DNA of 33,657 bases. Origin: Trichosphaerium sp. ATCC 40318 (Eukaryota > Protista > Tubulinea). The stretch is taken from contig JALMLS010000152.1 in assembly GCA_038496445.1 (NCBI GenBank), positions 1 through 33,657 on the forward strand, written 5' to 3'. How positions within the stretch are numbered: the first letter of the stretch is position 1; every line of letters begins with the position of its first letter. The notes below the pieces were generated by a model. It was not told the origin of the DNA, made no database searches, and saw only the letters and a list, made by a program, of their open reading frames with translations. Positions 12,788 through 24,300 of this stretch are shown piece by piece. Position numbers and translations under genes: made by a program.

Positions 12788-12946
12788 ATGTTGTCTAATG
12801 ACACTCTTCAATTACCACCAGAACTCGTTTATCTTATTGTAGATAATGTTAAGACAATTCAAATGATGAAAATAGTGAGGACATTGAATACCTTGTATTG
12901 TGATGTCACAAATAAGAGCTCACTGTATAAGGCACGTATTGAGTAG
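12788..12946 (+). pseudogene. Short F-box-only ORF or first exon of a degenerate F-box gene
   Basis: MLSNDTLQLPPELVYLIVDNVKTIQMMKIVRTLNTLYCDV, 52 aa and absent from the ORF track. Possible GC donor (gcacgt) at 12932. Confidence 0.45.
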
Positions 12947-14604
12947 TTGATAGTATTACCCTTATTTGCCACGGATTGGACCTGAAATAGCGCTGTTTTG
13001 TTAGTGCGGCATAGTTTTGAGTTTGTTAACATAGGTAGCCTCATGCAAATCTGCAAACTATCCATTAGTGTATTCTAATGGTAAAAGCAGAAAGTCACAT
13101 GCATATTGGTATTTTTAAAGACGTGGGTAGATCAAGGCCTTATAGGGACGATTTTTGTAAGCAGTTCACACTTTCAAAAAAAGTCTAGCACACCTCAAAA
13201 ACGTTATTTTTGGCCAAATTTTGGGTATGCTTCAGAGCACATTTGTGTCTACAATTTGGTTGAACTAGAACTTGCTGGTAATTAATAGTGTACTTCAATC
13301 AACTATTTCATTGAATCTAAAACCGAGTTTTTTCTGCCTGGGATCATTTTCTTCTCCTCTAACACCACCATGTTTTGCAGGTAATTCTTGAACACCATAG
13401 TGATTAAGGATTACATTCTGTTGTTTCTTGCATTTGTTATCACTTTCAGTGTTCCACATAAAGCTATCATCACTTGTCTCTATACCTGATTGCTGTAAAT
13501 TGGTCATTATTTTGAACAATCATTCTAACCCACAGATACCTTTTTCAAATCTTTCCTTTTGGCGGCAGGTGCTTAATAAACCATTGTCTACCTGTATGCA
13601 GTTATAGAGTGTTTGATAATTTAGGTATCAAAACACGGAGGTTACTTTTTCATAGAAGTTGATGAACATAATATTTAAATGAAAATGTCAAAATACTCAC
13701 TCTTGCTTGGTACTTTATTGAATCAGAGGTCCATAAAGCTTGCTGTAGTTATGTTTTACCACTACAGAAGTTTTAGAGACAGAACTTACTTTTTACATGG
13801 AGATACTTCAGTACTTACCAAAAACAGTTTCTTTGAAACTATGCTGCTACAATTGTTTAACTATTGCTGAAAGTTATGCTGTATCATATACAGTGCATGG
13901 ACTGTACTTTCAAAGAGTAAGGGACCTTCAATTACTCATGGTATTTCATAAAACGTAAAATTGCTTATGGTAACATAGGACAGAATATTGGAATTTACAG
14001 ATTACGCAAGGCTGTACAGACTTGAAACCCTTCTTAACATATGTCAAATAGCTATTAAATGTATGTACACCATTTAAACGCTTGTACACGCTTGCCCTAC
14101 ATCGGTATTGGGGAACTCGATTTGACTAGAATATTAACACAGCAAACCAACGTTTTAAGCGTTTTCCGAGCGATAAACGCCGTTTAAAGGTACATTGTAC
14201 ATACACATTCATATTGTGGTACCATAAAGCTTTATTTAAGCCCATAACGCATCAATTTATTTGCAAGAGCGGTTTATGATGATTACACGCTCGAATCATC
14301 TGCTTATTCTCAATGAAGCTCGATTGAAGCTTTTTTAGCTATGTATTAAAAAAATACGCCAAAAAACATGTAAAAAAGTAAATAATTTATTTCACACTTA
14401 GAACATAACAATAGAGCCATTCGTTCTAGATATACATTAACACACGCTAAAGCTTTGATATAAGCGGTGTGAACCGCTTACAAAAATAGTCCCTAGTCAA
14501 GAAAAACATGTAAATGAATAGTTTTATCTATTCTTGCAAAGCCAATAGCAACTTTTACACTACACACTGCTTCAACATAACAAAAATACAGCATGCACAG
14601 AACC

Positions 14605-16334
14605 TCATTTAGATGGTTTAATTTGCTCTTGAGACACTTTTCTTGAGTAACATTCAAAACAACATGATTCCGTATGGCACTTATTGTATCTAGAAAGAAT
14701 TAGGTAAAAAAAAATTAACGATTTTCAACTCATACACTTTGAACACCTCTAACGTTTTGCCATTGCACTCATCACATGTAAATTCTAGAGTCTCGCATCT
14801 CTCACATGTTTCGTCAAGAGAAATATAATCCTGAGCTAACCACGTGTTAGTGTTATCATTTGAAATGAGTGTCATTGTACCACATCTAATACAAAAAAAA
14901 GTACCACAACCTTTGCATGAGTATTTCTTTATGCATACACTACAAGGTTGCTTTTCTGTATTACAATAAAAACATACCTTAAGAAAAAAGTCACGTGTTT
15001 ATTCTTGTAAAGTAATAATAACGTACTTTTGGATCTTTGGGTTGTGTATTCAAGGGCTTAAGAAGTCGTTTATCCTCAACACTATTATTGAAATATTGTT
15101 GTAAGAAAGTTCGAATATCTTTGAAAGTCGTTGCAGATTTCTGGCAAACCTAGTGTGTACAATTAGTTAGTACTTGTATTTAACTAAAATGGTGTACATT
15201 GCATATGCTGGAATGCTTTGATGATACCATACTTATCGTCTTTAGCCTACAGTTGACAAAATAAGAAAAAAACAAGAAGATAAAAAAAAAAAGATGTTAT
15301 GTTTAGTAATTCACATACTCGTCCTGAGAAACTACTCTATCAATCTCATCACAATTTATAATCGAAGTAAAGTTTGGATTTGCACTCTTTACTCCAAAAC
15401 CAAGACGACTATATATAGTTGTAAATCCAACAAGCTTAAGTGTTTCCAATCGTTTGCTCAATAGAGGTATGGTACGTGGCCAAAAAAGAGTGTCATCAAC
15501 ATCCACTGTCAGGCGCCTTAATGTAGGTACTTCATTGTTATGTCTCTTGAGCAAACTCAAAGGTATGGTTAGGTTCTTCAAGCATTTCAGGTTCTCCAAA
15601 ATAGGCCACCTTGTTATCTTGGCGTGTCTTGCAATCACAAGAGTTTTTATCTTGTACAAATGTTGACGCTGCCACCTATTACGAGTGTCATACATTTTTC
15701 CTATGTACACCGTTTGTAATTTTTCAAATACGTTTTCAAAGAATCCCTAAAAATAACTTGTAAGTTGACAAAAAAAACCAAAAAAAAGTTGCACCCTACG
15801 CTTCCGTATGATCACGTGTTTGCAAAAGATCAAACTTACCTTGTGAGAGAACGTGCTATGAGCAATACGCAGCGTTCTTATGGTTTTAAAGGCGAGTTTT
15901 TGCCATGAACGGGAAACACAAAGCGCCTTTTGAGTGTCATACATGAATTGTTGAATGTGGTCAATCATTTCAGGTGGTAAAATGTATTTAAAGTAATAAC
16001 GACATGTATCATCCTTGTCATCAGAATTATCGGAATTATCGGCTATAAGGCAAGCCTTCAGAACTCTCTTGGCATCTCCTGTGGTCACTTGCGCGCCTGA
16101 GAGTGTGTTAGAAGCCGTTCTTGTATTTTGTGGTGATTTTGGTTCATGTTGTCTTTGTTGATGTTCAGCCTCTACAATAATGCGATAAAGACGTTTTCCT
16201 TGCGTTTTTGTTGCTTGATTTTCGATAAAAGGGACGTTTAACTCTGATGCTATTTTTCTCATCAAAGACACATCGAGAGTGCCTTGTTTTAACTCAGCAC
16301 CATAAAAAAGTCTCCAGTGCTGCCTTTTAAGCAT
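14605..16334 (-). CDS. F-box protein with Cys-rich (multiple CxxC) C-terminus
   Basis: F-box ILPPEMIDHIQQFM...LCVSRSWQKL; spliced downstream exons give CFYC, CSVC, CKGC, CIRC, CERC, CDEC, CFEC. Confidence 0.7.
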
Positions 16335-16456
16335 TGTTTTATGTCTTTGGTTCAGCAAACAGCAAGAGTGTCAAAAAGTCAGTCTGGTTTCAACATCTCA
16401 CAAAATCACCATTGTTCGGGCATTTTTACGCCTAAGCGAACTAAAAATAACTTGTA

Positions 16457-18002
16457 ATGATGAAAGCAAGTACTAAGGGAACAATAAATATGCTTTCTTG
16501 CTTTGGTGGGTCGGTACGATAACTGATCGCTACAAAAGCTCATTCTTACTCCTAGAAACTTTATTTGGTGTTAGTATTAACAGCCTTCGCCGTATTTTGG
16601 GTATACTTATCTTTGGCTGATAGCACTCTCGTAATTGAGATCAGAAAAAATGATGACGGTAGTTCAAAGCCTACGCGAAAAGATAAGGTAAATCAATCAA
16701 AAAAAAATAAAACGAATATTTAACCACGTGTTTTTAATAAGGTAAAGACATTTTTTCACTGAATTTGTTTAGTTTGATGTCCAGACACCAAAGTCTGTTG
16801 AAGCCGAATCATGGCTTAAAGATTACAAGGAAGGTAATAAAAATAAACCGTCATGGAGTACAGATTTGAAAGAGTATCCTCCGTGGTTAAAACGATATGT
16901 TGAACTCAGAGAGAAAGAGTTAAAAAAACCAGTAAACAAACAAAGAATTCTTGTTCAAAAATGTATCCCAATGTGCGATGGTCTTGGTGACCAGATAAAA
17001 AGCGTAATAGATGCGTTTCTTACAGCAATATTGTATAACCGTGCCTTCTTCATTGATGTCGATTCAATGCCACATTGGAGAGGTGTCACTGGATGGGGAT
17101 TTAATTGGACCTTTGATGCTACAAAGTATCCACAATACAAGGACATTACACAAGTATCTACATTTGACATGGCAAGTGATGAGAGCATATTTGTTTTAAA
17201 CGGTGACCCAATTCTTTCTGTATCATGGTATGCTACAGGAGCTTTTAAGCATAAATTCAAAGAGTTGGAATGGCGTCACTATTTCAAGAACAGTTTTGCT
17301 GATAGGAAAATACTACAACCTCAAGTTGATGTAAGCTCGCGTACTTACATGTGTACTGACTTCGATATGGCTGTCGGTGCAGTTACAAGAGCATTAATAC
17401 AACCAACTGACATGGTTAAAGAAGCTGTTGATAAATTTATAAAAGAACACTTTGATGAAAGCAAACCTTCTATTGGTCTTCATGTACGTTCCGGCAAAGG
17501 ACGAGATGGTGGTGCTATCCAAAGTCTGGATGACCTTGACTTATACTTTAAGTGTATTGATGTCTACAGAGATAGAGTGAATACTATCTTTGTTGCTAGT
17601 GATACAACTATTGCTGTAGAGGAATTGAAGTCACGTTATCCTGATAGAGTCGTTTCTGTCCCAGGAGAAGCAAAGCACAGCATTGTTTTTTATGACAAAG
17701 AAGAATCAAGAAAAACAATGTCAAGCGATGATTTCACGATAAGGTTATGGGTTGACTACTTTTTGCTTGATCGCGTTGATGTAGTTGTTGGTACAAGAAG
17801 TGGATTCAGTAGATTTGTGACTTATTCTAAAGGATTCTGTCCACATCAAGTTGCGCATACACAATGATACAATGGCACCTTTGGAACACCCTGTGCTCCA
17901 GAATATTTATTTCCTTCGTTGTACAACCAAGATCCTACAGCCTGTCATCGTCTTAAATCATGTCCTCCAGAAAACGGTAAATCAGTACTCCACAGAAGCT
18001 AG
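16457..18002 (+). CDS. Type II membrane GT-B fucosyltransferase-like glycosyltransferase (GT23/O-FucT-like motifs); first stop TGA at 17865-17867
   Basis: N-terminal TM helix (LYLVLVLTAFAVFWVYL), GLGDQI, GLHVRSG, IFVASDT, DYFLL...VGTRSGFS. The frame stays open for 44 more codons after the TGA, to TAG at 18002. Confidence 0.75.
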
Positions 18003-18212
18003 AAATAAAATAATAATAAAAAGTTCTTAACAATGATGTTTCTGCTGCTTCGCCTCATTACATGTGATATGTAGTGTGAATATATAGGCCATCACGTGAT
18101 ACAGCTATCAGTTAGGGTGTTCATAATGGTGATTCATTGCATAGTTTGCTGTGAACTGACTTAAACTGTTAAGTGACTTGGCCTCGTTTCAAGTAAAACT
18201 GCGATAACCAAA

Positions 18213-19178
18213 ATGCCAAAAGGAGTCTATACACCACAAAAGCGTTACGATTATGATATTTTAATTAAAATTAGCCTGGCAGGAGATTCTGGTATGTCTG
18301 AAACAGTTTGGACGCTTGTCCGTCCTTTAACAGTAGTTTAGGCGTAGGCAAGTCATCAATTATAAATTGCTGCGATGGTAAACCGTTTCAGGAGCGTCCT
18401 TACGTCTCTACTATCGGCGTGGACTTTGTACGAATCAAATTTTTTTTTCACAAGAACATTGGTTTTTTATCAGATACTAACTTGTTCTTACAGAGATTCA
18501 AGTTACTAGACCTAGCTCCGCGGATACCCAATTGTATAGTCAAACTACAAGTACGATATTTAGACTATAAGGTTAAGTGAGTTGCACGTGCTAATCTGTT
18601 TTGTTACTGTTAGCTTTGGGATTATGGTGGAGGGAGATTTGATGCTAGAAACACGTATTATAGAGGCTCTAATGTTATCTTTGTTACGTTTTCTTTAACA
18701 AACTACGACTTTTTTTTGAATGTGGTAAAGTACATTGATGATATTGAGACAAGACTAAGTACAGAGCCATCGATTGTACGTGCTACGTTCTCGAAATTCT
18801 TATTTTGAGTTATCTAACCTTTGACTGCAGAAACCTCTTTTAATACTAGTTGGAACAAAGGCTGATGACGTTGAAAATCGTGTAGTTCCTCAGCAAGAAA
18901 TAGATGATATGGCAGAGCACTTACAAGTACCATACTTTGAAACGTCATCAAAAAATGTATGTATTGATAAAGTTTTTTTTTTACCACTTTTTTCCCATCC
19001 CCAAAAAAAGCACATTTTGTAACTGTATGTTTAAAACGTGGGTGTTGATGATGTTGTATCAAGTGCGTCATTTCAGATATGTAAAAAGTTATTTATACCA
19101 AAAGAAAAGAAACAAACAGTACCATCTTTTTTTGGTAGAGTTTTAAGTTGGTTTCAAAGAGGCTCTGTTGTTCATTGA
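18213..19178 (+). CDS. Atypical Rab-like small GTPase
   Basis: GDSGVGKS, STIGVDF, LQLWDYGG, YYRG, LVGTKAD, YFETSSK. The last exon fits best with a non-AG acceptor at 19034; no C-terminal prenylation Cys. Confidence 0.8.
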
Positions 19179-19595
19179 CCTAATCATAACGTGATCAATT
19201 GTTATCACAAAATATTGTACTTTTACTGTTTACCCCTTCATCAATTATAACAATAAACATTGCATGTCACAACAACCGGATATTGAAGTAGGTATGAAGC
19301 GAATAGTTATCGAGAAAACTTGACACTGCTAGAAAACTCTTCGCAACTAACACAGACATAACAAATGCAATGTAATTGTAACACTTTATGTTCACTCATA
19401 AACCAGTGCGGACATTAAGATTGTGATTGACGGTCCCTTTTCTTTTTACAGTCAGATAAACGTTACCAGCAATAGAAGACGTCAGTTTATTACAGTAAGT
19501 CTTAGAATAGTGTAAAACGTGAGAAGTACAGCGCCTGAAAAGAACAAACAACCTACGTGCTTAGGTCAATAAAAGCTCTGGAAGGAGCTATGAGT

Positions 19596-20495
19596 TCAGA
19601 GCCACTTGATACCCAATACTTGAACAGCTTCTCTTGTTATCTGACACCTTCGCACTTTGATCGTATCAAGGGATTTCAGGCTTGAAAGACACTTATTTGT
19701 AATTTCGTTGGACACGAAAATACACAATTCTTTAAGATGTATCAACTTGTTAAAGCTATTGTCTGTTAACTTTGAACAACACATAATATCAAGACAAGCC
19801 AAATGCTTCAAATCCAAGTCTGTTACCCTACTACAATCAGCAAGTAGTAGCTTCTTGACATTAACCAATGATTTGATTCCATCATTTGTAATTGATTCTC
19901 CATTTATAATTTTAACTGTATGTACATTACAAAGATGCTTTAGCCATTCATCTTCTGGTTGCTGTATTGTTATACAATGTACATCTTTGAGAGATTTAAT
20001 TCCTTCAACTGTTACATTCTTGCAACCACTGATATCGATAGTATGAACACCTTCGAGTACTTTTAATGAGATGTCTGTAATGCCTGTGTTGGACAAATTA
20101 ATACTATGTATAGGCTCTTCTCCTCCACGTGCCAACGAAACGATATGTTCATCCGTTATTTTTGAGTACTTCAAATCTATGTTATGAACACCTGCAAGAC
20201 ACGATACGTCGCTCTCTGATAGTTTATCAGGTACCATAAACGTAGAAAATACAATTTGGGTACTTTTTAGCAAAGGACTGCCTTTAAGAACTTGACAGTC
20301 TGATGGTTCTTTGAATTCGATGCTATCAAAGCCAATATTATGACGAATGACGTTGTTATAGATGCGAGAGACAGTAGATGCTTTGAAAAGCTGTTTTCTG
20401 TTCAAATAGGCCAAAATATGCGTTAACGTTTCTGGCGGTACTGTTTGTAGGTTTATAACATTATGCTTAGGGTTTTTCCGTTTTTTCGATGCCAT
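19596..20495 (-). CDS. Intronless F-box/leucine-rich-repeat protein
   Basis: ATG 20495, NLS-like SKKRKNPK, F-box LQTVPPETLTHILAYL, LRRs (LEGVHTIDISGC). Paralog of the 11374 pseudogene (shared SPLLK motif). Confidence 0.88.
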   Translation of the reverse strand: MASKKRKNPKHNVINLQTVPPETLTHILAYLNRKQLFKASTVSRIYNNVIRHNIGFDSIEFKEPSDCQVLKGSPLLKSTQIVFSTFMVPDKLSESDVSCLAGVHNIDLKYSKITDEHIVSLARGGEEPIHSINLSNTGITDISLKVLEGVHTIDISGCKNVTVEGIKSLKDVHCITIQQPEDEWLKHLCNVHTVKIINGESITNDGIKSLVNVKKLLLADCSRVTDLDLKHLACLDIMCCSKLTDNSFNKLIHLKELCIFVSNEITNKCLSSLKSLDTIKVRRCQITREAVQVLGIKWL

Positions 20496-20709
20496 AGTGG
20501 GCCACAGTAAATTGTTAAAGTAGTCAACTTTTTTCAATCGCGAATAAAGCTTGAAGAATACAACTCTGCTTTTTCGTATACAAACCACTGTGCTGAGATA
20601 GTTTCACATATTGATCACGACATACTTACCACAGCAAAACGATGTTCTGAAACGGAGATGTACCCATGTTTCATAAAAATAGTATTGCTATCATTGCTGT
20701 TGTGTAGAA

Positions 20710-21009
20710 GTTTTACTTTCCTTACAAAGCGGTTACCCGTTTAAGGTTTAAAGCAGGTTAACTCCTACTTCGAAGTGACTATGATTCAATGAAATTTTGT
20801 GCTTAACAGCGTTGGACAAGGGCAAACTGTAGCAAAATCGACTCAATAAAAATAAGTTGTCACTGAGTATGAGAGTACTGGATGTAAAAAAAAGTGTCTA
20901 GTGGCTTACAATGAAGACAACAACTTTTCCTTTTCACCATAACCATAACTGAACCAGTTACGAATTGCCATAACCGGGTAAACGATTAACCGGTTTTCTA
21001 AGAGCTCTA
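20710..21009 (-). repeat. Copy 2 of the diverged inverted repeat
   Basis: Reverse complement begins TAGAGCTCTTAGAAAACCGGTT and aligns with 10606-10920; several AACCGG/AACC motifs near the outer end. Confidence 0.9.
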
Positions 21010-21336
21010 CTATTGGGTTTTCAAAGGAAATCAGGTAAAAGTTGTATACTAGCACTGGACAAATGACGCTGCTGCTTGTCAAGGATTTACGTCAAAGCTG
21101 CACCTATCTTTTATTACAATGATACAAGTTGCTATCCGCAAAGGAGGCATTCTCCACAACATCATATTTCTTTCGTCCAAATAAAAAACTTTCATTTTAC
21201 AATATTACGAGAAACTGAGTATGACGGCAGAAATAAAACGGAGTTCTTAGAAGTGAAAGATTTGACGGAAAGCTAAGAATCACAATTTTATAAGTTGTCT
21301 TTATTTCGTCTTAAGGTCAAGTACAACCACTGCTAA

Positions 21337-24300
21337 ATGGAGGAGAAAGAAGGTCTAAAGAGACGAACGTCTGCATCAGGTAGAGCATTATTAACACGCT
21401 CAGCATCAAGATTCAATCAATGGACACCAACGAAACAATTGTACGTTATGAACCCATACTGGAGGTTGTTTAGAGGCAAGTTTAGCTAAAAAGATTGACA
21501 TTTAGGAGGAGATCAAGGGAAAAGCACGCAAAGCTGTGGAAACTAATGCAGTCCTATCTATCAACTGGTACGTACAGATAAACTCGTCTCTTCTCGTTTC
21601 TTCGTTGGCCCGTTAAATCTCGAGTAGATGTTGAAGATATAGAGCAATACGTCGCTAACCACATCGAGGTACGCTGATAAACTCACCCCGTTTCGAGTTA
21701 TTACGAGCGTTAAAATAAAAAAGTTAAACGCTCGTAAAACCACGCTAAACAGGTTCTCCACGCTTGTAAAAACTATGTAATAGCCCTTTAAAGCAATTTT
21801 AAAAAAATCGTTAAACATTTAACCGGCTTACTCTCAAAGTCTTTAATCTCTCTTTATAGTACACGCTAGCGCGTACCAGGTTCACCTTTGACCTTAAATC
21901 TGCTTATCAAGCAGCTGCGCATTCACTAAGAGATCGAATGATAGAAACTTGGAATGATACTCAGAGTTACTATTACGATCAAGATGTTAAACGTGTTTAC
22001 TACCTCAGTATTGAATACTTACACGGAAGAACACTTCGTAATGCCGTACATAACTTAGACCTTGTTGGAGAGTATGCAGAGGTAATACCAAAAGAACCAT
22101 TAGCCTCTGTGTTGAGGCGTGAAAAATTATTCCCATTTACTTCAATTTTACTAATTAAAAACAGGCAATGGAAGATTTGGGTGTCACCATGGAAGAACTT
22201 TACGAACAAGGTATTACTAATGTCCGAATGTTCATATAAACTAAAATTGTGTAAATAGAGCAAGATGCAGGTCTCGGAAATGGAGGTTTAGGTCGGTTGG
22301 CTTCTTGTTTTCTTGATTCAATGGCTACTCTAAACATTCCTTCCTGGGGATATGGCATCAGGTATGAGTACTATGGAAAGTCAAGCAACTTATGGTTCAT
22401 CATAGGTACAAGTATGGTATCTTCAAACAAGAAATACAAAATGGAGAACAAGTCGAAAGACCTGACTATTGGCTGCTTCAAGGTTAGTTCTTTTTTTTCT
22501 CCTAATATTCGTAAAACAAAGTCACGTGATTTTACAAAAATTTACAACATTTTAAACAGGTAGCCCATGGGAGTTCGAACGTAATGATGTCCAGTATGAG
22601 ATCGGATTTGGAGGTAAAGTGATGCAAGTCTTTGAAGATGGTAGATCTAAGGTTTGCTTTATTGGTTTTTTCTTCTTTGTTCTTACAAATACCTTCTTAA
22701 GGCGATGTGGCATCCAGCACGTGTTTGTATTGCCCAAGCTTATGATGTATGTATTCCTGGATATAGGACACTTAATGTGAATACAATGAGACTTTGGAGA
22801 TCACTACCAACCTCTGTACAGCTACAACATTATCCGAAAAGTGATTTGGTTTTTAGTACTAACATTTTGGTTCTTTCGTAGGAATTTAACTTTCAACAAT
22901 TCAACCAAGGAGACTATTACTCTAATTTAAGAGAGCAAAAGAAAATGTCTAATATCAGTACTGTTCTTTATCCAAATGATGCAACACCAAGAGGTAAGAT
23001 CACTAGCGACTTACGAGGTTCTAACTTTTCTTACTTTTTTCTTATAGGCAAGGAGTTGCGTTTTAACCAGCAATACTTCTTTGTTAGCGCTTCTATTCAT
23101 GACATTCTTCGCCGATTCAGGAAGCATAAAAAGCCTATTAAAGAACTTGCAACACGTGTTGCCATCCAGCTCAATGACACTCATCCAACAATTGGTATTG
23201 TGGAACTTTTACGTGTTCTTCTTGACAAAGAGAAAACACCTCTGTCATGGGTACGTTCTGACTTTTTTTATTGTTTATCATTTACTGTTTGCATCTTGAG
23301 TGTGTTTGTATTTTAATTTGCTCGTAGGATGAAGCGTGGAAGATAATAATAGGTGAGGACTTCTCAGTTTTTTCCATTTTGTTGAAACCTTCTTCGTCCA
23401 AAGAGTTGAACACTTAATTTTACTTTAGATACGTTTGGTTACACTAATCATACTGTATTGCCTGAGGCCTTGGAGAAATGGTCAGTACCATTATTACAAA
23501 GCATAGTACCAAGACATTTGGAATTGATATACGAAATCAATCGTCGATTCCTTATCCAAGTCCGTGAAAAGTTCAAAGGCACACCTGATCTTGAGCAACG
23601 TGTTATTCGTATGTCTTTAATACAAGAGAGCAACCCTAAAAAGGCACGTTCCAAAATGACACCATTACATGCGTCTAAATACAACACTAGGTTCGCATGG
23701 CTCATCTCGGTATTGTTGGTTCTCACTCCGTAAACGGAGTTGCTGCTATTCACTCTGGCATTATTAAGGAATCTATATTTAAGGACTTTTATGAAATGTG
23801 GCCTGAGAAATTTAATAACAAGACTAACAGCATTACACCAAGAAGGTACAATTTCATAAACAAAAACAAATCAATATTTTTATTCATCGCAAAGCCCTTG
23901 AAACCCTTCTCTTTCAAAATAAAATCTAAAGTCTGTCGCAAATTGGCGACTACAACTGAAATAATTGTGGTGCGCTTGCACAAATTGAAGTGGTTTTGTT
24001 ATCAAGGGAAACAATCGTAAACTAATCTTTTTGCTAATACTTTTTCTCAAAGGTGGCTTCATCAATGTAACCCACACCTGAGTGATGTCATTACGAAGGC
24101 TCTTGGAAACGATGATTGGGTTAAAAACTTGGATTTATTGTCTACCATGGCAAGCTTCGCTGATGATACTGATGTTCAAGACTCATTTGTTCGTGTTAAA
24201 CACAACAACAAGGTATGTAGGAGAAGCAAAAAATGAGAAATACAATGAAACAATAACTGTTCACCTTGCTCATTTCATTAAACTCTTGACTCCGTAGGTT

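Noticed and set aside
13295-13870. Transposase gene
   Set aside because: No recognisable DDE or hAT dimerisation motif in the fragments.
17865-17867. Genome-wide TGA-to-Trp or other stop reassignment
   Set aside because: Conserved genes (phosphorylase, sirtuin, CCT3) use TGG for Trp with no internal stops, and TGA appears to end the kinase, F-box/LRR and surface-protein genes.
18003-18110. SECIS element for selenocysteine at the TGA
   Set aside because: An ATGA...GA pair exists, but there is no convincing stem or apical AA, and the protein family is not redox-type.
20520-20540. Mimivirus early promoter AAAATTGA upstream of the F-box/LRR gene
   Set aside because: Only a mismatched version (AAAGTTGA) in AT-rich DNA; uninformative.
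10590-21030. Target-site duplication defining a hAT insertion
   Set aside because: Flanks (gtaataat versus ctattggg) do not match, and weak inverted similarity continues outward, so the termini are not established.
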